Assembly (NCBI GenBank): GCA_963422365.1 | Contig: OY729426.1 | Span: 1,152,001-1,216,000 of the forward strand | Direction of reading: 5' to 3' | DNA from: Nitrospirales bacterium | GTDB lineage: Bacteria > Nitrospirota > Nitrospiria > Nitrospirales > UBA8639 | Length of the DNA: 64,000 nt | Part shown: in pieces, positions 9,875 to 18,457 of the stretch | How the letters are laid out: every line of letters begins with the position of its first letter | How positions within the stretch are numbered: position 1 is the first letter of the stretch | Translations under genes and position numbers: made by a program | The notes under the pieces: generated by a model | Databases searched by the model: none | Told to the model about the DNA's origin: nothing | The model's input: the letters and a program-made list of their open reading frames with translations, nothing else

Positions 9875-10579
9875 TTATAAGGGCTCGGAAGAAAGTTTGG
9901 GGGAAGATACCGTTTGGAGCAGCTTGTCGATCTCTTCCTTGAACACTTCGTAGGGAAATGCGCCGGGGATGGCGATAGCTTCTTGAGGACGATCCGTGAC
10001 ATACAAAATAAAATGAGGGGTACCTCGGATACCCAGTTGTCCTCCCTTCCTTCGATCTTCAAAAATGTCTTGTGTATATCGTGATTCCTCAAGGCATGAG
10101 GCAAATTGTCGGGCGTCGATCTGAAGCTCTTCAGCCTGCTGCTGAAGTTGTGTCGGCGAAAAGTTGTTGCGGCTTGAAAATAAACGGTCGTGCATCGCCC
10201 AATACTGTCCCTGTTCACCTGCGCATCGTGCAGCCAAGGCGGTATCCACACTCGGACCGCTGGGGGCCCGTGGGAAATCACGATACACTAGGCGCATCTT
10301 GCCGGTGTCAATGTATTCGGAAAACAGACTGGGCCAGGTTTCCCGGAAAAATTTTTCGCAATACCCGCACGTAAAATCTGAATATTCCAAAAGGGTGAGC
10401 GAAGCCTGAGGATTACCCCTGACCCGGTCATCTTCCTGGGTAAACATATTGTCGGCTTGGGTACTGGCAGAAAACATGAGCCCAAGGCTTAAAACCGCAA
10501 TCGTCAGCCACCCGACGATTTTCGAACGCCAGGATGGCGTTGGGGAAGGCCTATACGCCGATGGTGAAGAGGTATTCAT
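9875..10579 (-). CDS. DsbA-family thioredoxin-fold oxidoreductase
   Basis: Signal peptide, EYSDFTCGYC (CxxC), RDFP, GIRGTP. Confidence 0.9.
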   Translation of the reverse strand: MNTSSPSAYRPSPTPSWRSKIVGWLTIAVLSLGLMFSASTQADNMFTQEDDRVRGNPQASLTLLEYSDFTCGYCEKFFRETWPSLFSEYIDTGKMRLVYRDFPRAPSGPSVDTALAARCAGEQGQYWAMHDRLFSSRNNFSPTQLQQQAEELQIDARQFASCLEESRYTQDIFEDRRKGGQLGIRGTPHFILYVTDRPQEAIAIPGAFPYEVFKEEIDKLLQTVSSPKLSSEPL

Positions 10580-10784
10580 CGTGTTTCCCTTCTCATGAAG
10601 AAAACCATTTTTCATAGTGTGGGTTGACGGAAGCCATCTGTCAACCCGTGTGTCAGGTGCTGCCAGGAGTCGCTTCGTCAAAACTCTGTTGTCATGAGTC
10701 GTCCGACTCTTATTGTACATGAAAATGGGGTGGCTCTGCGAGAAAGACCAGAAGCCGGGGTGTTTACAACGCACTCGTGCGCTG

Positions 10785-11897
10785 TTATGGCTTGGCAGAT
10801 CCTGATTGAGAAGAGGAGGGCCCTTCAAGTAAGGCCATGAGCAAAAGCGGCCAGACCACTGTCGCGTCACTCAACACTTCTGCGAATCGTCCTCCTTCTT
10901 CAGGTGGAACAAATTTCCCCCAAGAGATGCCCTCCTGATAGGTGCAGCCACTGAGACCTCCCCAATAATCAGGCTCCGGGCAAATGCGGACGCCATAGTG
11001 GAATCGGGGCGGGGTGAGGGTGGTGCCTACCCGCATATTCAAAATTTCGATGTACGGAGGAACTTGTTGAGCCCAATTGCGGGGAACGCCGCCACCAATG
11101 GTAAAGATTCCCAGTCGCTTGGCGCCCAAGAGGTGGTGCGTATAACTATTGAGATCGAGAAACGGATTAAAGGCCGGGCGACGTTGTTGTAAGCGTTCCC
11201 AAGTCGCCTGGTCATCGTCCGGTTTGGGTTCTGCGCTCGATTGAGTCGGCCCCTGATCTTTCATGGACCAGATGGAAGTATCAAGGCCTAATTCGGAATC
11301 CGTAAATGCGGGAATGTAAACCGGGACCTGTTGCAGGAATGCACTTTTGAGGATACCCTGACCGGGAAATTGTTCCGTCAGCGTCCGACCCAGTTCCCGA
11401 GTCAGAAGTTCTGAAGAGAGCGGTTCGTCGGGATGGAGTCGATTCAGGGTGACAGCGGCCACTTGCTCGACGTGGTTCAGATTCAATTCCATTTCGAGTG
11501 TGTCATAGACCCGATTATACCCCTTTTCAAAGAGTTCAACGTCATTCATCGACGGCTGATATTTATAATGAGTTTGTCCAACGGCTTCGCTCATGCCATG
11601 GGCCATCAACGCACCGGTAGAGACGATGGCTTGGACCATCCCTCGATCAAGCATGGCACAGATCATTTTCCCCATTTTGGCAATGGTCATGGCACCTGAA
11701 AGCGTCATGACCACAAAACAGTCGGGATCCTGAATCATGGCTTTGAGAACTTCAAAGGCTTCCCCGAGCCGTCGGCCCCCAAAGGCGGTTTTTTTCATCG
11801 CGGTCAGAAGATCGGAGAAAGAATGAACGTGTGCAGGATCGAGGGCTTCCAACGCCTCGAGCCCATCGTCATCCCCATCATGAAAGGTTCGCATCAT
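10785..11897 (-). CDS. Deoxyhypusine synthase-like protein (probable polyamine/homospermidine synthesis)
   Basis: LSGAM, NRVYDT, PAFTDSELG, IGGGVPRNW, GGLSGCTYQEGISWGK with the catalytic Lys. Confidence 0.9.
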   Translation of the reverse strand: MMRTFHDGDDDGLEALEALDPAHVHSFSDLLTAMKKTAFGGRRLGEAFEVLKAMIQDPDCFVVMTLSGAMTIAKMGKMICAMLDRGMVQAIVSTGALMAHGMSEAVGQTHYKYQPSMNDVELFEKGYNRVYDTLEMELNLNHVEQVAAVTLNRLHPDEPLSSELLTRELGRTLTEQFPGQGILKSAFLQQVPVYIPAFTDSELGLDTSIWSMKDQGPTQSSAEPKPDDDQATWERLQQRRPAFNPFLDLNSYTHHLLGAKRLGIFTIGGGVPRNWAQQVPPYIEILNMRVGTTLTPPRFHYGVRICPEPDYWGGLSGCTYQEGISWGKFVPPEEGGRFAEVLSDATVVWPLLLMALLEGPSSSQSGSAKP

Positions 11898-12055
11898 CAG
11901 GTTCCCTGATTGTGACCGTGGCCAACACGAGTTGGGGCGTTGTGAAAAAAGACGAGATGGGATCAACAGGGGATCTTGCCCACCCTAAAAGACCCGACTG
12001 GCCGAAGAGATATTTCGTCATGAGGTAATGACTGATAAACGTTTGGGATGAGAAA

Positions 12056-12133
12056 TGGTGGTCCCAACGGGATTTGAACCCGTGTCTGCACCTTGAGAGG
12101 GTGCCGTCCTGGGCCAAGCTAGACGATGGGACC
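12056..12133 (-). tRNA. tRNA-Glu (CTC)
   Basis: Reverse complement GGTCCCATCGTCTAGC...GCACC-CTCTCAA-GGTGC...GGTTCAAATCC...GGGACCACCA; cloverleaf with encoded CCA. Confidence 0.95.
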
Positions 12134-12223
12134 GCCTATAGGGTTACGGTGTGTATGCTCGGTACGTCCTGAAAAACCTGTAAGCCCATCAATCAAGCAT
12201 GATCGATGCGTTGAAACCACAAA

Positions 12224-12253
12224 ACTCTACCATTACCGAAACGCGCCGTGCAA
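12224..12253 (-). promoter_or_regulatory. Putative sigma70 promoter upstream of tRNA-Glu
   Basis: TTGCAC-18 nt-TAGAGT with an upstream TG on the minus strand. Confidence 0.45.
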
Positions 12254-12302
12254 TCGAAGAGAGCAGATTCCGGTGGATGGGAGGTGAGAGGGGTTGGCTG
12301 TT

Positions 12303-13040
12303 TCAGGAATCTTGCAACGTTGAAGACGGTGAGGAAGAAGCATGGTGTTTGATGTGAACGCCGTCTGGCGATCCAATGATTAACGTCGAGGTCCGGTTGA
12401 CAAAGAGCCCGTTTTCCACGACTCCCGGTATGAGATTGAGACGCGCTTCGAGTTGAACGGGGTTCTTGATTGAGTCCACCAGAAAATCAAGAATATAATG
12501 GCCTCCGTCAGTCTGAAACGCCCTTCCCTGTTTTTTCCTAAGCATCGGGACACCTCCCAAGGTTTGAAGCTGTTTGGCGGACTGTGGCCATCCGAACGGG
12601 GTCACTTCCACGGGAACAGGTATGGGCTTGCCCAACACCGGGGCGCATTTCGTGTGATCGACCAGGACAATAAACGTGCGCGCGGCGGCAGCCACGATTT
12701 TTTCTCGTAGCAAGGCCCCTCCACCACCCTTAATCAAGTGAAACTGGGAATCAACTTGATCCGCCCCATCAACCACCACGTCTAAGTCCCATTCTCCTTC
12801 TTCGGGAAGTAGAGGAATGTGTAATTGTTTCGCCAATGCAGCGGTTTCGGGCGATGTGGGTACGCCTTGAATCCGTAGTCCGGCTTGCACTCGTGTGCCG
12901 AGGGCCAGAAGAAAATATTTCACAGTGGAGCCGGTGCCTAGACCCACGAGAGCACCCTCGTGGATCAAGTCCACGGCGGCTTCGCCCGCGGCGCGTTTCC
13001 CGGTTTCTTGCGGATCGGGAGATGGTGGGGAAACCATCAT
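12303..13040 (-). CDS. rpiA: Ribose-5-phosphate isomerase A
   Basis: GLGTGST, DGADQV, IKGGGGALLREK, GVVENGLF. Confidence 0.95.
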   Translation of the reverse strand: MMVSPPSPDPQETGKRAAGEAAVDLIHEGALVGLGTGSTVKYFLLALGTRVQAGLRIQGVPTSPETAALAKQLHIPLLPEEGEWDLDVVVDGADQVDSQFHLIKGGGGALLREKIVAAAARTFIVLVDHTKCAPVLGKPIPVPVEVTPFGWPQSAKQLQTLGGVPMLRKKQGRAFQTDGGHYILDFLVDSIKNPVQLEARLNLIPGVVENGLFVNRTSTLIIGSPDGVHIKHHASSSPSSTLQDS

Positions 13041-13047
13041 GGATGGC

Positions 13048-14103
13048 TTACGAATCCGTGCCCATGCTCGCGGCCACAGAAGCCGCGCCGAGAAGGGCGG
13101 CTTTGTCGTTCATGATGACGTGGATTGGAATCGATGAGAGCAGCCGTTTATACCGTCCTTTGTTGACGAAGGCTTGCGCAAAGCGCTGCTCGCGGATCTT
13201 ATCGAGAATTTGGGGAACAATACCGCCGCCAAGATACACTCCGCCCTGTGCCAACGTTTTCAGGGCGCAATTCCCGGCTTCCCCAGCCAGAATGGAAACG
13301 AAGACCTCCAAAGCCTGTACGCAAATATCAGGCTTGCCGGCGAGCCCGGCTTCAGCGATCAGAGCCGGGGGGTCTCCGGTGGGAAGGCGTTCGGCAAACC
13401 AGGTCGGCTCATTTTTCTTGGTATCACGGAGAAACTGATAGATGGCATGCAGGCCATTTCCAGATAAAACCCGTTCGAAACTGATGTGCAGAAAACTCGT
13501 GCGAAGGTACCGAAGGAGGTCGATCTCAAGATCGCTTGTCGGGGCAAAGCTGGCATGTCCGCCTTCGGACGGCAACACATGATAACGCTTCCCATCCCAA
13601 TAAAGAATGGCCTCTCCCAATCCGGTCCCCGGAGCGATCAGGACTTTTGTGCCGCCTTCCTGCCTTTCGCCGTGGACCACTTCGGTTTCTTCCGGTTCAA
13701 GGGCCAGCACGCCGTAGGCCATGGCTTCGACGTCATTAAGTAAGCGCACGCATGAGGTATTTAAGGTGTCGGTCAAGGCGTGACCATCGATCGTCCACGG
13801 GAGATTTGTGGTGCGGCAGCGGTTGTCGACGATTGGGCCGGCCACGCCGAAACAGGCCGCTTGAAGAGGCAGAGTCGGGGAAATCCGGACGGGTTCCTCC
13901 TCAACGTCCGTGTCTTCTGATCCTTCTTCATCGTCTTTCTCAGGGGGGGCGGGGGGCTGTAAAAATTCTTCGAGGATTTCCTCAAAAGATTCGAAGTCTG
14001 CATTCCAGAACTTCTCCTCCCGAATAGGGGCTACGCGCGTCTCTTGCCAATCAAACAATCCAAGGTAGGTTTTGGTTCCGCCAATGTCTCCCGCTACAAT
14101 CAT
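13048..14103 (-). CDS. glk: Glucokinase
   Basis: GDIGGTKT, TNLPW, LLND, GTGLG, SEGGH, ERVLSG. Confidence 0.95.
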   Translation of the reverse strand: MIVAGDIGGTKTYLGLFDWQETRVAPIREEKFWNADFESFEEILEEFLQPPAPPEKDDEEGSEDTDVEEEPVRISPTLPLQAACFGVAGPIVDNRCRTTNLPWTIDGHALTDTLNTSCVRLLNDVEAMAYGVLALEPEETEVVHGERQEGGTKVLIAPGTGLGEAILYWDGKRYHVLPSEGGHASFAPTSDLEIDLLRYLRTSFLHISFERVLSGNGLHAIYQFLRDTKKNEPTWFAERLPTGDPPALIAEAGLAGKPDICVQALEVFVSILAGEAGNCALKTLAQGGVYLGGGIVPQILDKIREQRFAQAFVNKGRYKRLLSSIPIHVIMNDKAALLGAASVAASMGTDS

Positions 14104-14150
14104 GATGCTCCTTTTTTGTCATCCTTCGCTCAAGGCAGGTTCTCTGTATT

Positions 14151-14191
14151 TGTAGCGGCTTCAAAAGGCGCCATACGCTGGCGCAGCTACA
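14151..14191 (+). repeat. GTAG-type REP-like element, copy 2 (first hairpin deleted)
   Basis: tgtag-cggcttcaaaaggcgcca-tacgc-tggcgcagctaca. Confidence 0.65.
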
Positions 14192-14349
14192 GATATTGGG
14201 AAACCGGCTCCGATACGGGGGATGGTTCCACGACCATTTGATTTTTTCGGTAGCCTGAAACTCGATGGATCAATCACCATGTTCGACAACAGCCACCATA
14301 AAAGAAGCATATGACGGTTTGCAACGAGGTGGGACTCGGGTGATAACTG

Positions 14350-14832
14350 TTAACCCTGAATGAGCGGCGTCCATCGTGAAAAACGGGCGGCTTGTCCTTG
14401 TGTGGTCCCGTGATCGTCCAGGATAGTCCATACCGTGGCCTGTTTCACGAGAAAACGTCGGCCCGTTCGTGAAATGCGTACCCCCTGGTAATCGGTGAGA
14501 CATCCGTGCGTGGCTGTCTGCTCGAGCATTCGAGCCCGCTCAGTTTGATTCACGGGTTCCGCGGTGAATCGTGAAGGGGTTGCGATAAATTCCTGCCAAG
14601 TCATTTCCCACAAGGCGAGCGCCTGTTGATTGCCGTAATTGAGGATGGGGTCTTCCGCATTGGTGTGAGAGGCCACCACAAAAGGGGAAAAATAGAGCCG
14701 TTTGCTTTGTTCCTCCATCGTGCCCATTCGGTCGATGAGTTCGTGTTTCAACCAGAACGCATAGCTCTCCAGGAGCCAGCGAATCCAGGTGAGGTCGAAA
14801 GGAGGCAATGTCTCAGAGAAACCTGGATTCAT
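14350..14832 (-). CDS. Stand-alone MEKHLA domain protein
   Basis: SPFVVASH...DPILNYGNQQALALWEM...PSRFTAEP...YQGVRISRTGRRF. Confidence 0.9.
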   Translation of the reverse strand: MNPGFSETLPPFDLTWIRWLLESYAFWLKHELIDRMGTMEEQSKRLYFSPFVVASHTNAEDPILNYGNQQALALWEMTWQEFIATPSRFTAEPVNQTERARMLEQTATHGCLTDYQGVRISRTGRRFLVKQATVWTILDDHGTTQGQAARFSRWTPLIQG

Positions 14833-15347
14833 GGGTCACCAATCCGGTGGCACGTGGTCAAAATCTGAGAGGCGATGTCCTCTGGTGAAGCGTGATCGGT
14901 CGCAATGACGTGATCGGTCGCAGCCTGATATTTCGGAGTTCGTTCGGTCAGGACGTCTTGAATTTCCTCGAGAAACGTCTTCCCTGTGGTGAGCGAAGGG
15001 CGTTGCGTATCCTCTGAGATGCGCTGCGCAATCGTCGCAACCGTCGCGGTCAGCCAAAACACCAGGCCATTGGGCTTGAGGATATCCATATTGTTCGTTC
15101 TGAGAATAATCCCGCCGCCGGTATCAATGACCAAATGATCCTGTTCTTTGAGTGCTGAGCATACCTCGGTTTCGAGGTCTCGAAAATGGTCCCAGCCTTC
15201 TTGTGCGACAATGTCCGGAATGGTCTTCTGCGCCTGCTCGACAACGTGGGCATCCGTGGAAACCATCTGCCACCCGAGTTCTGCGGCGAGGATCTTGGCG
15301 ACGGTGCTTTTCCCAGTTCCTCGATAACCAATCAGCACGAGATTCAT
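14829..15347 (-). CDS. aroK: Shikimate kinase
   Basis: LIGYRGTGKST P-loop, FRDLE, DTGGG, RPSL; start overlaps the aroE stop. Confidence 0.95.
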   Translation of the reverse strand: MNLVLIGYRGTGKSTVAKILAAELGWQMVSTDAHVVEQAQKTIPDIVAQEGWDHFRDLETEVCSALKEQDHLVIDTGGGIILRTNNMDILKPNGLVFWLTATVATIAQRISEDTQRPSLTTGKTFLEEIQDVLTERTPKYQAATDHVIATDHASPEDIASQILTTCHRIGDP

Positions 15348-16198
15348 GAAAAGGAAGACTCCAAGACCCGTCGCATGACGGTGATCGGCGCCTGTTGGCC
15401 CGTCCACAACTCGAATTGTGCAACGGCCTGATGCAGGAACATTTCTAATCCGCGAATGGTCCGGCATCCGGCTTCCCGAGCGTCCTTCAGCAATCGCGTG
15501 TCTAATGGGTTGTAGACAATGTCCATGACCGTCAGATTTGGATTCAAAAGGTGCGTGGGTACACAGGTATTGTCAATGTGGGGGGTCATGCCCACGGGCG
15601 TGCAGTGGATCATGAGTTGAGATTGAGCCAAGAGCGGCTCCAAGGTTTCCGCAGTAAGCGGTCGGTCGTCAATGGGAAGCCTCGTGCCTTCACGAAGATC
15701 GTTGGCCAGCAGTTGGCGTTCCTCTTCTTCCACCCCTAGGATGGTGAGTTGCCTGATGGGCGTGTTCAGGGCCAGTCCGAACGCAATGGCCCGGGCAGCT
15801 CCGCCGGATCCAAGAATGACCGCCTGTGTCTCCGCGAGTTCGACCCCAGCATGGTGCAAGGCCTGGAGAGCCCCGGAGGCGTCGGTATTACATCCCGACA
15901 GCGTGTGCCCCGATTTGACGATGGTATTCATGGCGCCGATGTGTTGCGCCGTGGGGTCAATGGTATCAAGCAGCGGCATGACCGAGACTTTATGAGGAAT
16001 CGTCACGCTGAACCCTCTCAGGTTCCCCAAGGCGCGGATGCCTTGAATGGCCTGAGGGAGGTCTTCCACGGGAAACGCCATGTACACGTAGTTCAGTCCC
16101 AAGTGTTGAAACGCCGCATTATGAATGGCTGGCGAAAGCGAATGCTTCACCGGATGGCCAAGAACTCCACACAATTGCGTGTCGGTATCGATGTCCAT
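15344..16198 (-). CDS. aroE: Shikimate dehydrogenase
   Basis: HSLSPAIHN, VTIPHK, NTD, GSGGAARA, DIVYNP, QAVAQFELW. Confidence 0.95.
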   Translation of the reverse strand: MDIDTDTQLCGVLGHPVKHSLSPAIHNAAFQHLGLNYVYMAFPVEDLPQAIQGIRALGNLRGFSVTIPHKVSVMPLLDTIDPTAQHIGAMNTIVKSGHTLSGCNTDASGALQALHHAGVELAETQAVILGSGGAARAIAFGLALNTPIRQLTILGVEEEERQLLANDLREGTRLPIDDRPLTAETLEPLLAQSQLMIHCTPVGMTPHIDNTCVPTHLLNPNLTVMDIVYNPLDTRLLKDAREAGCRTIRGLEMFLHQAVAQFELWTGQQAPITVMRRVLESSFS

Positions 16199-16421
16199 GA
16201 AGGCTCCTGCGTGTGAATTTGGAGTAACCCCACGATTGGGGTCAACAGGTTCCGGAAGTGGTAATTATCACACAATGATTGTCACAAACTCAACGCCCCC
16301 AAATGGCTGAGAAGATCGCTGATACCCCTGTTCAACATTTCGATGGCAAGCAAACAATGGAGTTCATGAAACAGGGAAGAGAAAGCTGGAACCAAGAGGA
16401 AAGGAGAAACGAGAAGAGAAG

Positions 16422-17876
16422 TCAGAATGACCGAGGGACGTCGAAATTCACGCGGAGATTCAGTGACCCCACATGGATAGTGGTATCCCATACTCCATGG
16501 ACCCGAGGATTCTCATTGTTAAAAATTCCACGGGATTGGTAGAAAATGCCCTGATAGGCCACATCGAATCCTATGGCGGTCACACCCAGACCATCCTGAC
16601 GGGTCCCGCAAGGGATCACGCCCAGAAAGACTCCGCCGCGCTGACATAGAAACCCGATTCCGGCAGAGTACGAATGAGAATTGGACCCGGGAATGTCCGG
16701 CCTGAACGTTCGTTCCGGCACCGGGCTGTCGGCAAATACGTAACCGCCCCGAATGGCCACGTCCCAAGACGGCAACAGGGCAGGCTTGACGAATTTGTAT
16801 TCGGTGCCGACCATCACGACATACGAACTTTGCCAGTTTCGTGGGCTGGGAATAACTAGGCCATTGGCCAGGGTCACATCAAGGTGGTCGAACGAGGTCC
16901 AATCCACGTAATCCAAATCAATTTCCACCTTCCACTCGCGTTGGGCATCCCGTATGGGCCACACCGCAAGACCGGCAGTGACAACTTGTGGCAGATTCAG
17001 TTCAGTTTTCGCTCCCAACACAACCCCTTGACTCTTGTTCAAAAACTGTCCGGTCAAGTTCAATGTCGCCCGGCTTCGAAAGACAAACGCGAAATTGACC
17101 AGGGGTTGCTCTTGCTCATTACGAAAAGGCGTAAACAGAAGACCAACGTGATACCCAACGGCCGTATCCCGGCCATTCAGTTCGAGTTCGTCGTCGGGGC
17201 CAACAGGGAAACCGGCTTGAGCGAGGTCTGCACCGGTTTGTTGCATCTCTATGTGGCCCTCGCCGAATAAGTCGGAGAACGTATAAAGATCCAACCCGGC
17301 TCCAAGCGCGAACAAAGGATGCACCCTGAACGCCACGGTCGGGGTAATGTCTACAATCGGGGCAGCCGAGCTTGTGAGGACGGGAGCGAGGCTTGAATCA
17401 CGGGGATAGTGCGTGAGATTGCCAAAGGCCGAATAGACCCCCAGTCCCAGCGTCAAAGAATCGAACGAAGGAACACCCAAATCACTGAGCCTGGCGGTTA
17501 CGAAGAAACTGCTCGGCGGAGGGTTGGCAAAGGGACTGCCAACGTCACCTTCAATGGGCGGTCCTGAGGGGGGGCTGACATCAATGTCCCCATTCACGAG
17601 AAGCGTCCCAGCCGTCATTTGAAGGCCCCGTAGGTCTGTCATGGCTGCCGGGTTGAAATGCACGGCTGACGGGTCATCGGCTTGGGCGGCAAAGGCTCCG
17701 CCTTGAGCCGTGGCCGCTGCGCTTTGGTCTAGAATTCTGAAGCCTTCGCCAAGGGCCGGGAAAGAAGAGCCTGCTGCCAGGATAAGTGCCAACAGTGCCC
17801 CAAGAAGCGTGGCCAACAAAGAAGGGCAGGGATGGGTTCTCTGCTGAATCATGGTGAATGGTGGCGAGCTGATCAC
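16422..17876 (-). CDS. OmpP1/FadL family outer-membrane transporter
   Basis: Signal peptide, AQADDPSAVHFNPAAM hatch motif, beta-barrel composition. Confidence 0.85.
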   Translation of the reverse strand: MISSPPFTMIQQRTHPCPSLLATLLGALLALILAAGSSFPALGEGFRILDQSAAATAQGGAFAAQADDPSAVHFNPAAMTDLRGLQMTAGTLLVNGDIDVSPPSGPPIEGDVGSPFANPPPSSFFVTARLSDLGVPSFDSLTLGLGVYSAFGNLTHYPRDSSLAPVLTSSAAPIVDITPTVAFRVHPLFALGAGLDLYTFSDLFGEGHIEMQQTGADLAQAGFPVGPDDELELNGRDTAVGYHVGLLFTPFRNEQEQPLVNFAFVFRSRATLNLTGQFLNKSQGVVLGAKTELNLPQVVTAGLAVWPIRDAQREWKVEIDLDYVDWTSFDHLDVTLANGLVIPSPRNWQSSYVVMVGTEYKFVKPALLPSWDVAIRGGYVFADSPVPERTFRPDIPGSNSHSYSAGIGFLCQRGGVFLGVIPCGTRQDGLGVTAIGFDVAYQGIFYQSRGIFNNENPRVHGVWDTTIHVGSLNLRVNFDVPRSF

Positions 17877-18002
17877 TCGGGAGGAACATTTTACTCTACG
17901 TCAATGGGGTAGGGAAGGCAAGACAAGACAAGATGCTGAAATCGAAATCGACGGAAGGCAAAAAACACGGCTGTATTGTTGGAAGATGTGGGGTTCAGTA
18001 CA

Positions 18003-18437
18003 ATGAGGGTAACCCTTTGTGGGGAGGACTCCTACGATAATCGTCAAAAATTGCTGCACACACGAGTGCGCGCCGCCAGTGATATGGAGACAACCATCGC
18101 GTTTTATCGAGACGTGCTGGGACTGGAAGTGTTGGAACGAAAGGTCCTGCCATGTGGTTCGCATTTAGCCTTTCTGGCGGTTCCTCACAGCGATGAACTC
18201 ATTGAACGGTGTCGTTTCCCGGCGAGTGGTCTCGTCAGCGTGCAGGACGATCTGATTCATCTCGTGTTTGAAATCGAAGACCTTGATCAGGCGATGGATC
18301 AGTTGAAGGCCAAGCATGGCCCCATCACGGATGGCCCGACTCGAACGTCTTCTGGCAGCTGGTTTATTTTTATCGATGCTCAGGATGGCTACGAAGTGGA
18401 GTTGATTGAACGAGCGCCAGGTACGGTGATTGCGTAG
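18003..18437 (+). CDS. VOC/glyoxalase family protein (native start possibly damaged)
   Basis: LLHTRVR...FYRDVLGLE...HLVFEIEDL...FIDAQDGYEVELIE; the GGAGG RBS at 18023 is followed by ACG, out of frame by 1 nt. Confidence 0.8.
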   Translation: MRVTLCGEDSYDNRQKLLHTRVRAASDMETTIAFYRDVLGLEVLERKVLPCGSHLAFLAVPHSDELIERCRFPASGLVSVQDDLIHLVFEIEDLDQAMDQLKAKHGPITDGPTRTSSGSWFIFIDAQDGYEVELIERAPGTVIA

Positions 18438-18457
18438 CAGGCTTCGGATTACACCAC

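Noticed and set aside
9875..10870. Long N-terminal extensions in the ORF track (dsbA, arginine decarboxylase, aroK, mraY, murB, rpsT, vapC)
   Set aside because: Artefacts of longest-ORF calling; downstream starts fit RBS or overlap signals and family N-termini better
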